From contig CBDFJF010000001.1 of the NCBI GenBank assembly GCA_965248265.1, positions 1,344,001 to 1,408,000 of the forward strand: a DNA stretch of 64,000 bases. The letters run 5' to 3'. This DNA comes from Candidatus Latescibacterota bacterium (lineage in GTDB: Bacteria > Latescibacterota > UBA2968 > UBA8231). Shown in pieces: positions 38,056 through 46,688 of the stretch. Both the position numbers and the translations under genes were made by a program. Numbering within the stretch: the first letter of the stretch is position 1; every line of letters begins with the position of its first letter. The notes below the pieces were generated by a model. The model was not told the DNA's origin. It worked only from the letters and a program-made list of their open reading frames with translations, and did no database searches.

Positions 38056-39846
38056 TTGAAAATCCCGCGCAATCCCTATCTAAACCGCTCGATGATCCGT
38101 GCGCCCAGCATGTTCTACGGGCGTCGCAAGGAAGTGATGCGTCTGGCGTCGCGCATCGGGGCGGATCCACCCCAGTCGGTGGCGATCGTCGGGGACCGCC
38201 GCATTGGCAAGTCTTCCCTGTTGTCCTACATCGCTCATCCAGACATCGTTGCGGATTATCTGGACGATCCCGACAAGGCACTGTTTCTGTTCATGGATTT
38301 TCAGGAGGAGCTGCGCCTGAGCATTGCGGGATTCATCGAATCAGTGTTTCGCCATCTGCAAGGCCAACTGCCGGTATTGATCCCGCAGGATCCGACCCCA
38401 GACCATCTGCGGGAGCTGGTGGCACAACTCCATCGGGATGGCTACCGGCTCATCCTGCTTCTGGATGAGTTCGATCGCTTAACGCGCAGCTCGAACTTCG
38501 ATGCCGACTTCTTCGCCCATCTGCGCTCACTCTCTGGGCATTTCAACATCGCCTTCGTCACTTCCACCAGCCGCGATCTGCAGAAGCTCTGTCGCACTCA
38601 AGAGATCTCCGATTCACCTTTTTTCAACATCTTTTCCACCGTTTATCTAGGACCGCTGGAATCCGACGAGGCGGTCGCCCTCATTCGCGAGCCGTCTGGA
38701 TCGACCCCGTTTCCGCTTGAACAATACATGGATATGATTCTCGAACTCGGTGGTCATTTCCCGTTCTTCCTCCAAATGGCTTGCTCCGCCGCCTTCGAGG
38801 TGTTGGTCGAAGAGGGTGAATGCATTCGCGAGCGCGTCGAGGCCCGATTTTTGGAAGAAGCCAGTCCTCATTTTCAATTTTACTGGGAGCAGATGGGAGC
38901 AGTGGACCGAGCACTTTGCAATCAGATGGCCATTGAAGGCGAAGTGGATATGGCGAGCTCGGAATGCCAGGAGCTGCAGCGTCGCGGCTTCGCCCTGGAG
39001 AAGGGGCGGCTCTTCTCCACCGCGTTTGCCAACTTCGTCCGGGAATCCTACGAGCGTGAAATCGGCGAGGTGCCCTTGGAAGTCCAGGCTGAGCGTGCAC
39101 GGAGCATGGAGGAGGAGCTTGACCGTGCGCGAGAGATGCAGATGGGACTTCTGCCCCAGAAAAGTCCTCAAACCGATGGGTTCGACCTGGCGGGACGGTG
39201 TGAACCGGCAACGCAGGTTGGGGGCGATTTCTACACCTACGTCTGGCTCGATGAGGCTCACACCAGGCTGGCCATCGTCGCCGTGGACGTCATGGGGCAC
39301 GGAATGCAGGGTGCCGTGACCGCGCTGCGATTCAGCGAAACACTTCGCTACGAAGTAAGGGAATGCGGCGATGCGGTGAAATTGCTGAGTGCTCTGAACC
39401 GGGCGCTATGCGGAACGCTCAAAAGTGGCGAGTTCGTCGGTTGCTGTGTCGCTGTCTTGGACGTGACCGAGCGCCGTCTCGACGTGGCGGTGGCTGGGTA
39501 CCATCCCCCCCTGCACTACGAGGCTGAAGCGGGAATGGTGAGGGAACTCGAGTTGGGCAATCTGCCCTTGGGAATCAAGGAGGATACCGACTACGTGGGC
39601 ACCTCGTTCAAGTTGAACAAGGATGACCGGTTGCTGTTCTACTCGGATGGGGTGATCGAGGCGCAGGACGACAGACAAGTGTTATACGGCGAGGAGCGCA
39701 TACAGGAACTGCTGTTGCAGAGTACGCGGGAAGGGTTGGACTCGGAGGCGCTGTTGGACCGACTGTACTGGGACGTGGGACGATTCTCGGCGAGCACGGG
39801 ACAGCAGGATGATACAACCTCGATCGCCGTGCGCGTGACGCGCTAG
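38056..39846 (+). CDS. STAND-like ATPase fused to a PP2C/SpoIIE (RsbU-type) phosphatase
   Basis: GDRRIGKSS, LLDEFD, SPFFNIF; GGDFY, DVMGHG, YSDGVIEA, QDDTT. Confidence 0.9.
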   Translation: MKIPRNPYLNRSMIRAPSMFYGRRKEVMRLASRIGADPPQSVAIVGDRRIGKSSLLSYIAHPDIVADYLDDPDKALFLFMDFQEELRLSIAGFIESVFRHLQGQLPVLIPQDPTPDHLRELVAQLHRDGYRLILLLDEFDRLTRSSNFDADFFAHLRSLSGHFNIAFVTSTSRDLQKLCRTQEISDSPFFNIFSTVYLGPLESDEAVALIREPSGSTPFPLEQYMDMILELGGHFPFFLQMACSAAFEVLVEEGECIRERVEARFLEEASPHFQFYWEQMGAVDRALCNQMAIEGEVDMASSECQELQRRGFALEKGRLFSTAFANFVRESYEREIGEVPLEVQAERARSMEEELDRAREMQMGLLPQKSPQTDGFDLAGRCEPATQVGGDFYTYVWLDEAHTRLAIVAVDVMGHGMQGAVTALRFSETLRYEVRECGDAVKLLSALNRALCGTLKSGEFVGCCVAVLDVTERRLDVAVAGYHPPLHYEAEAGMVRELELGNLPLGIKEDTDYVGTSFKLNKDDRLLFYSDGVIEAQDDRQVLYGEERIQELLLQSTREGLDSEALLDRLYWDVGRFSASTGQQDDTTSIAVRVTR

Positions 39847-39927
39847 GGGGCCGAATCATATGAGCGCTCGATGCCGACGCCATTGGACACTGAGCGCGGG
39901 CGGGTTTCTCTTGCCGTGCGGGGGTAG

Positions 39928-41304
39928 TTAGGGAGTCTCCTGCAGCCGCAGAAGCTTGCCGCCCCCGGCCACCAGGTTCAGCTCCACCCGCGACCCGTCC
40001 GAAGCCGGGCGCCACTGCCGTTCCTCGGTGTCGAACTCTTCCAGCGCTCCCGGGCCGACTACCGTCGTCGTGATCGCTTGTGAATGGTCCAGGTTCACGA
40101 CCAGGACGTGTGTTGTCTCGCCGGTTGATCCGAAGTAGCCCCAGAGGACGCCCTTCTCCTGCTGTGGATCGAAAGACGGATCCACGGAAAACTCCGCGTC
40201 GGCCGGAAGTGCATCCACGGTCCAGGCGCCCACGGGCGCTTGCCCGGAGTGATACACGGCGAGGGAAGTCAGCGGTTGCAGCTGTTGTGCTACGGCGACG
40301 AACTCGGGATGAATTTGACGCAGGGCCTCGCCAAGCGGGGTCAGTGGCGCCGCCACGTCGGCCGCGGCGCGTTCCGCGTTCCACTCGACGTCCTCGAACG
40401 CTGAAATGCCCCCGTAGAAGTCACTGTAGGCCCAGTAGGTGAACTGCATGATGCCCTGGCCGCCGTAGGCGAGCGTCGTGTAGGCCAGGTACCTGCTCTC
40501 ATCGCTGTTGGGCGCACGGTGGCGCTCACCCACTGAAACAGCCTCCACCACGTTGATGAAGGGAATGCCTCCGTTCAGGGCTGCCTCACGCACCAGCGCC
40601 AGGTTCATGAAGTAGGTGTTGCTCGCATGCAGGTTTGCACCTGCCTCGTCGTCCGTGTAGAGGCTGTAGTGATCGTAGCTGATCAGGTCCGGCTTCACCA
40701 CCTGGACGAACTGACGCAGGTGTTCTCTGTAGGCTGTTTCCGTATCGCCTGCGGTACCCAGCGCCGCGGCACTTGCGTACGTCGGGAACAGGTTTATGTG
40801 CGATACATGGGCGGGATCACGCTCGCGGATGTAGTCGACGATCCTGGCGAGCTCTGGAAACCTGACCGCGCTGGGTTCGTCGACGATTCTGTAGGAATAA
40901 AGAGCGGGATGGTCCTTCACGCTGTCGATGACCGAGTCGATCCGCGCCCTGGCTATCGGGTCGTCCAGGTTAGCGGGCTCTCTCAGGTCCTGGGCGATCA
41001 GGTCTAGCCGCAGCCCGTGTGCATGGGCGACGTCGAGGTCTTCGACCGTACTTCCCCAGGCCAGGGTGAACCCCCCGTCGACCAGTTTTCGGGCCATCCC
41101 GGGTGTCAGCGGGCCAAATCGAGTATCGATTCCGCCTCCGGGGCCGTGGTAATAGCCGACAATCGGTGTTCCGATCTCCCACACGCTGACCTCCGGTTGT
41201 TGCTGGCTCGCCTTGGTCAAGAAACCGGCACACCCCGGGGCAAAAAGGCAAAGAAGGCAGATCCCCCCCATACGAACGGCGCCTGCGATGCCGCGCGCGT
41301 TCAT
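39928..41304 (-). CDS. TIM-barrel glycosidase-like lipoprotein (family copy 3)
   Basis: ATGA-coupled to the upstream paralog; lipobox-like APGC; WEIGTPIVGYYHGPG, DEPS. Confidence 0.7.
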   Translation of the reverse strand: MNARGIAGAVRMGGICLLCLFAPGCAGFLTKASQQQPEVSVWEIGTPIVGYYHGPGGGIDTRFGPLTPGMARKLVDGGFTLAWGSTVEDLDVAHAHGLRLDLIAQDLREPANLDDPIARARIDSVIDSVKDHPALYSYRIVDEPSAVRFPELARIVDYIRERDPAHVSHINLFPTYASAAALGTAGDTETAYREHLRQFVQVVKPDLISYDHYSLYTDDEAGANLHASNTYFMNLALVREAALNGGIPFINVVEAVSVGERHRAPNSDESRYLAYTTLAYGGQGIMQFTYWAYSDFYGGISAFEDVEWNAERAAADVAAPLTPLGEALRQIHPEFVAVAQQLQPLTSLAVYHSGQAPVGAWTVDALPADAEFSVDPSFDPQQEKGVLWGYFGSTGETTHVLVVNLDHSQAITTTVVGPGALEEFDTEERQWRPASDGSRVELNLVAGGGKLLRLQETP

Positions 41305-42674
41305 TCGTTCACCTGCAGGCGCAGCAACATGCCGCCGCCCGCCACCAGATTCACCTGCGCCCGCGAACCATCTGAAACCGGTCGCCACTGCCGCACCCGG
41401 GCGTCGAATTGCTCCATGGTGCCCGGACCGACGACCGTCGTCGTGATTTCCCGCTCGAAATCCAGGTTCACGATCAGGACGTGGGAGGACGCGCCGGTCG
41501 ATCCGAAGTAGCCCCACAGGATTCCCTCGCCTTGCTCTGGATCGAGAGGGGGATCCTCCGAAAACACCGCAGCAGCGGGGAGTTCATCAATAGGCCACGT
41601 TCCCGCAGGCATGCGCCCGGAGTGATACACGGCAAGGGATGTCAGTGGCTGCAGCTGCTCGGCGACGGCGATGAACTCGGGGTGAATCTGACGGACCGCC
41701 TCGCCCAACGGGGTCAATGGCGCCGCCACGTCGGCGGCAGCGCGCTCTGTGTTCCACCCGACGTCTTCGAATGCTGTTATGCCTCCGTAGAAATCGCCAT
41801 AGGGCCAGTAGGTGAAATGGGAGATACCTTGACCGCCGTAGGCCAGGGTGGTGTAACCGAGGTACCGACTCTCAGCGCCGGTGGGAATGCGGTGGGACAC
41901 ACCGACTGAGACCGCCTGAATGACGTTGATGAAGGGAATGCCTCCGTAGAGCGAGGCCTCGCGCGCCAGCGCCAGATTCATGAAGTACTGATTGTCCTGG
42001 TGCAGGTTCGTGCCTTCCTCGTCATCCGTGTACAGGTTGTAGTGATCGTAGCTGATCAGGTCCGGCTTGACGACGTCGACGAACTGGCGCAGGTGTTCGC
42101 GGTAGGCCTCGACGGGGCCACCGGCGGTGCCCAGTGCCACAGCACTTGCGTAGGTCGGGAACAGATTCATGTGGGCCAAATGGGCGGGATCGCGCTCGCG
42201 CAGGTACTCGACGATCCTGGCGAATTCGGGAAATCTGATCGCGCTTGGCTCATCCGTAATCTGATACGAATACAGGGCAGGATGGTCCTTCACGCTTTCA
42301 ATCAGGGCGTCCATCCTCGCCCTGACCACCGGGTCGTCCAGGTTGCCTGGCTCTCTCAGATCCCAGGCGATCAGGTCTACTCGCAGTCCGTGCGCGTGGG
42401 CGACATCCAGGTCTTCAGCGGTGGTTCCCCAGGCCAGGTTGAACCCCCCGTCAACCAGCCGCCGGGCCATCCCGGGTGTCAGCGGACCAAATCGAGTATC
42501 GATTCCGCCTCCGGGGCCGTGATAGTAGCCGACAATCGGAGTGCCGATCTCCCACTGCTTGGCCTCAGCTAGCTTGGTCGCTTTGGCGAAGGGACCCGCG
42601 CAGCTCAAAAGAAGAAGGCAAAACACGCCTGTGCATGCCCTAACTACCCCGAATCCTCGCAATGCCGCGGTCAC
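41301..42674 (-). CDS. TIM-barrel glycosidase-like lipoprotein (family copy 4)
   Basis: LLLSC lipobox; same family motifs; the GTG start is approximate. Confidence 0.7.
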   Translation of the reverse strand: MTAALRGFGVVRACTGVFCLLLLSCAGPFAKATKLAEAKQWEIGTPIVGYYHGPGGGIDTRFGPLTPGMARRLVDGGFNLAWGTTAEDLDVAHAHGLRVDLIAWDLREPGNLDDPVVRARMDALIESVKDHPALYSYQITDEPSAIRFPEFARIVEYLRERDPAHLAHMNLFPTYASAVALGTAGGPVEAYREHLRQFVDVVKPDLISYDHYNLYTDDEEGTNLHQDNQYFMNLALAREASLYGGIPFINVIQAVSVGVSHRIPTGAESRYLGYTTLAYGGQGISHFTYWPYGDFYGGITAFEDVGWNTERAAADVAAPLTPLGEAVRQIHPEFIAVAEQLQPLTSLAVYHSGRMPAGTWPIDELPAAAVFSEDPPLDPEQGEGILWGYFGSTGASSHVLIVNLDFEREITTTVVGPGTMEQFDARVRQWRPVSDGSRAQVNLVAGGGMLLRLQVNE

Positions 42675-42795
42675 TGAGACGACCCTTCGACTCTGCCGGC
42701 CGCGCGGAGATCTGTTGAAATGAAACTCGGAATCATTGCCGGACCTTTCATGGTTTCTTGCATGAATACCGCAACGGGGTCGCCTGGGAAGCAGC

Positions 42796-43944
42796 TTACT
42801 TCTCCGCGACAATGGCCCCCTCGATGCCGCGATGATTGTCGGTGTAGTGATGCCAGTAGACGACGAGGACCCGTCCGTCATTGAGCTCCACCGACCATGG
42901 ATAGCCGCAATCGTGGCTGAACGCGTCGCTCTGGATGACGATGTCCGGCGTCGTCTCCAGATCCGGCGCCCTGTTGTAGATGGGTGCCGTCTCCAGCTCG
43001 GTGCCCTCGGGGTCCAGAACTCTGGCCAGACAGCCCGATTGCCCATCCCAGCGGGTGCCGACGGTCAAGAAAATGCGCCCGTCTCGCAACCCAAGCATGT
43101 GGGCGGGGTAGCCGTGCACGGAACGCTTCCACGGCGTCCAGGTCTCCCCTTCATCGTCGGATATGACCAGGGCCTGAAAGCGGCTGTCGTACTGGCGATC
43201 TCGCAGGGGTATGCTCTCGTCCTGATCCTGCGAGGTGTTGGCATGGCAGCGAAAGATCACCAGGATGCGGCCACTCGGCGTTCGGTGAATGGCCGGCTCG
43301 CTGAAGTGGGCGACGGGGTCCTCGGCGATTCGTCCGCCGTACTCCCAGGTCTCGCCCATGTCGCGGGAGACACGCAACATGCCGAAGTAGGTATGCTCGC
43401 CCTCAGGCCGTTCGGTCGCCTTGCTCGGCATCAGCAGACGTCCATCCGGAAGCTCGATCAGGCCGCTCCTGCAGACCCCCGAGTGCTCGACCTCATGACC
43501 CCAGCCCGCATCCGGCACGGGGGGAAAGCGCACTGGGTTGGTCCAGGTGTGGCCGTCGTCCCGCGAACGGATCCAGAAAGGCGTGCCATACCGCGAGACC
43601 CACTCGGTCCCATGCGCCTCGGACCCCTCTGCGGGCACCAGCTCCGTGCACGAGCAGTGTATGAAGATGCTCCCGTCCGAAAGGGTGTGGACACCGCGGT
43701 CGATGATCCCTCCCAGGGGATCGGAGGCTATCAGCGTGGCCTCGCTCCATGTCTGTCCCTCGTCTTGCGAGCGGCAGGCCTGTAGATTGAACAGCGGATG
43801 GCCGTGGTGGGGGTGACCCAGATGCGGTGCCCGTTGGAAGAACGCCATCAGATCACCGGATGGCGTGCGAACCACATTCGGACACAGGGCGTACATTCCC
43901 TCTTCGTGATATATCGTCACGCGGTCGACGACTTCCCAGCCCAT
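42796..43944 (-). CDS. Asp-box (BNR) sialidase-like beta-propeller
   Basis: SQDEGQTW, SRDDGHTW, SRDMGETW, SDDEGETW; DCGYPWSV. Confidence 0.8.
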   Translation of the reverse strand: MGWEVVDRVTIYHEEGMYALCPNVVRTPSGDLMAFFQRAPHLGHPHHGHPLFNLQACRSQDEGQTWSEATLIASDPLGGIIDRGVHTLSDGSIFIHCSCTELVPAEGSEAHGTEWVSRYGTPFWIRSRDDGHTWTNPVRFPPVPDAGWGHEVEHSGVCRSGLIELPDGRLLMPSKATERPEGEHTYFGMLRVSRDMGETWEYGGRIAEDPVAHFSEPAIHRTPSGRILVIFRCHANTSQDQDESIPLRDRQYDSRFQALVISDDEGETWTPWKRSVHGYPAHMLGLRDGRIFLTVGTRWDGQSGCLARVLDPEGTELETAPIYNRAPDLETTPDIVIQSDAFSHDCGYPWSVELNDGRVLVVYWHHYTDNHRGIEGAIVAEK

Positions 43945-44034
43945 ATGTTCCTTCCCGTTGGAATGTGAATCGAGCTACCAAGGTATCCACGAACGGATTG
44001 GGGCACAATCGGCGCTTGATAGGAGTAGTCATGA

Positions 44035-45102
44035 ATGGATGCTGAGTCGGTAACGCTGCCTGGCGGTGAAGAGCTCGTGGTGAGAATCATGCTCCCACCG
44101 TTGCTCGAATACGCCGATCGCGTGGACTGCTGGGCCGATGTCAGAGAGGAGGTCCTCACAGGACAACTGTCATCCTGGCTCTTCACCCCCTATTTCGTCG
44201 GTGAGATAGAGGGTGAGGTCGCCGGCAGCATGTCCTACTTCACTTCAGCAGATGCCAGTGACGTCGGCGTCGTGGAATTCGTCACCACCGGGGACAAGTA
44301 TCGTCGCAAGGGAGTCGCGTCCGTCCTGCTCGACCGCCTGGTGACCCATTTCCGCGCGCGCGGCGGCCAGGCCCTCTACCTGTGCACGACGAACCCGGTC
44401 GCCGGCACGCTGTACGAGAAGCTCGGTTTCCGCTACTACGTCGGCGATGGCATGCGCTATGTGGCGGGCAACCCGGCGGAATTCGACGCAACCTATTTGG
44501 GACACTGCGGGCGGGCTCACGTCAGCGATGCCACGTGGGCGGATCTGGCTCGCGCTTCCGTGCTGTTCAACCACCCCGCGCCCGGGTGGCTGATCAAGGA
44601 TCACCTGACTCGGTGTTTTCGCCATACCCGCTTCGAGAGCCACTTCGTCTATTGGATGAAACAGACCGCCGACCGCAAGGGTGTGACAATGACATTGGTG
44701 AATCCGGTCGGGCGTCTTGTAGGAGCTGCTGCGGTGGTCCGGGAAAACACCTACTTCGAACAACACGTGGCTGCCTTGAGCTTCCGCGTCTGTCCGGCCT
44801 ACATGAATCAGGGGCCCGAACTGATCGACGCGGCGGCGGCGAAAGCCGAGGAACTGGGCATCGGCATTCTGCAGGTACGGGTAGCCGATTGCGACGAGGA
44901 CCAGAAGGAGCTCGTGCGCACGGCTGGCTTTCGGGAAGAGGCGCGACTGCGGCGGCAACTGCGCGATGGAGACCAATGGCTGGATCTGCTCGTCTACAGC
45001 CGCCAGGTAGCCAGTGATCCCGCACCCTGTTCGAGTGAAGAGGAGTACTACGGCAGCAGGAAGGCGTGGCAGTCAGAAAGGCTGTCTACCCCATTTCCGT
45101 GA
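44035..45102 (+). CDS. Tandem GNAT N-acetyltransferase
   Basis: YRRKGVAS motif A and LYEKLGF; second RimJ-like domain GFREEARLR. Confidence 0.8.
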   Translation: MDAESVTLPGGEELVVRIMLPPLLEYADRVDCWADVREEVLTGQLSSWLFTPYFVGEIEGEVAGSMSYFTSADASDVGVVEFVTTGDKYRRKGVASVLLDRLVTHFRARGGQALYLCTTNPVAGTLYEKLGFRYYVGDGMRYVAGNPAEFDATYLGHCGRAHVSDATWADLARASVLFNHPAPGWLIKDHLTRCFRHTRFESHFVYWMKQTADRKGVTMTLVNPVGRLVGAAAVVRENTYFEQHVAALSFRVCPAYMNQGPELIDAAAAKAEELGIGILQVRVADCDEDQKELVRTAGFREEARLRRQLRDGDQWLDLLVYSRQVASDPAPCSSEEEYYGSRKAWQSERLSTPFP

Positions 45103-45112
45103 GCCCAAAAAC

Positions 45113-46564
45113 TCACTCCTGTCGCAGCCGCAGCAGTACTCCACCGCCTTTCATCAGATCGACTTTGGCCCGCGGCCCGTTTGATGCCGAACGCCATTCG
45201 CCCGCAGACGGGTCGAACGCATCCATGGCCCCCGGGCCGACCACCGTCGTCGTCAGCTCCTGTGTGTAGTCGAGGTTGACGACCAGCACGTGGCTGGTTT
45301 TCCCCTCGAGCCCGAAGTAACCCAGCAGGATCCCCCTCTTCTGCTGTGCAGGCACGGCCGGATCGACGGCAAACGCGGCCGTGGCCGGCAAGCCCACCCC
45401 TCCCTGCGGAATCACACCCAGATGATAGACGCCCAACGACTTTAAAGACTGCAGTTCCTCGGCTATGGCGACAAACCGGGGGTGGATCTCGCGCAGCGCC
45501 TCTCCCAGCGGGGTAAATGGCGCCGCTGCGTCTTTTGCTGCTCGTTTCTCGTCAAATTCGTCATCATCGAATCCGGAAATACCCCCTCTGAATTCGCTGT
45601 AGGGCCAGTAGGTGAAGTGCGATATGCCCTGGCCGCCGTAAGCCAGCGTCGTGTAGGCCTGGAACCTGCCCTCTCCGGGTTTGGGCACGCGGCTGGTCTC
45701 ACTGAGGGCGACGGCCTGCACGACGTTGATGAAGGGCACCCCACTGTTGAGGGACGCCTCGCGAATGAGAGCCAGGTTCAGGAAGTAGTCACCGCTGTCG
45801 TGGGTCTTGCGGAAGGGGTAGTGGTCCCAGCTGATCAGGTCCGGTTTGACGATCTCGATGTACTGACGCAGGTGTTCTCTGTAGGCCGTTTCGGTGTCGC
45901 CGGCGGTGCCCAACGCCTTGGCGCTTGCGTACGTGGGGAACAGGTTTATGTGGCATGGATGCGCGGGATCGTTCTCGCGGATATAGGCTACCACCCTGGC
46001 CAGTGTCGGGAACACGGTGGCGCTGCGCTCGTCGGCGACGACGTAGTCGTACAGCGCCGGATGGTCCTTCACGCGCTCGATGAGGGAGTCGATTCGCGCG
46101 CTCTTCACCGGATCGTCCAACGCGCCGGGTTCGCCCACACTCCGCCAATTCACCGCTTCCGAATGCAGGGTCACCCGCAACCCGTGGGCGTGAGCGACAT
46201 CGAGGTCCTCGATACTGCTACCCCAGACGAGGCTGAACCCCGCATCGACCAGCCGCTCGGCCATCCCGTCCGTCAAAGGCCCCCACCTGCCACCACCGCC
46301 CCCCGGGCCGTGATAGTAGCCGACGATCGGAGTGCCGATCTGCCACCGGTCGGCTTCCTCTTGAGCCTGAACTACCGTCTGTGGACCGCCTCCAACAAGC
46401 GCACATCCGGACAGCGAGAAAGTCCAGGTCGCGCAAAGTGATACGCAGCCCAGTGCCCGAAACGCAGCTGACCTCGAGATTCTGCATCTGTCTGTCTTGA
46501 CAGCGACGGTGCCCGGCAAATGGCCAGATGCAGCGACACTTGCGTCGGGTATGGTGGATTCCAT
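45113..46564 (-). CDS. TIM-barrel glycosidase-like lipoprotein (family copy 5)
   Basis: AGGAG RBS; LSGC lipobox; WQIGTPIVGYYHGPG, DERS, DLISWDHY. Confidence 0.7.
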   Translation of the reverse strand: MESTIPDASVAASGHLPGTVAVKTDRCRISRSAAFRALGCVSLCATWTFSLSGCALVGGGPQTVVQAQEEADRWQIGTPIVGYYHGPGGGGGRWGPLTDGMAERLVDAGFSLVWGSSIEDLDVAHAHGLRVTLHSEAVNWRSVGEPGALDDPVKSARIDSLIERVKDHPALYDYVVADERSATVFPTLARVVAYIRENDPAHPCHINLFPTYASAKALGTAGDTETAYREHLRQYIEIVKPDLISWDHYPFRKTHDSGDYFLNLALIREASLNSGVPFINVVQAVALSETSRVPKPGEGRFQAYTTLAYGGQGISHFTYWPYSEFRGGISGFDDDEFDEKRAAKDAAAPFTPLGEALREIHPRFVAIAEELQSLKSLGVYHLGVIPQGGVGLPATAAFAVDPAVPAQQKRGILLGYFGLEGKTSHVLVVNLDYTQELTTTVVGPGAMDAFDPSAGEWRSASNGPRAKVDLMKGGGVLLRLRQE

Positions 46565-46688
46565 GGCTGGAGTCTCCTGGTTGATGCATCGCGTCCGCGC
46601 GCAACACTCGCGCGCTACCCCCCTCCCACGGCGCGGACCGCCGGTTCCGTTGCGGATGGCGGTTCCACCCTCCCACGACACGACCGCT

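Noticed and set aside
31549-39846. Avs/NLR-type anti-phage defence call
   Set aside because: No nuclease, TIR or SIR2 effector and no long cytoplasmic TPR/WD40 sensor; the outputs are regulatory. A stress or conflict role is not excluded.
42675-43046. Similar N-terminal extensions on ORFs 41301..43046 and 58182..59933 (M.NRAV...PRAPSWR)
   Set aside because: They are off-frame readings of the duplicated sialidase-like 3' ends; better starts lie downstream (about 42674 and 58440).
19623-46564. Paralog repeats as DGR template/variable repeats or a CRISPR array
   Set aside because: No reverse transcriptase or cas genes, no evident adenine-specific variation and no repeat-spacer periodicity; the repeats are coding paralogs.
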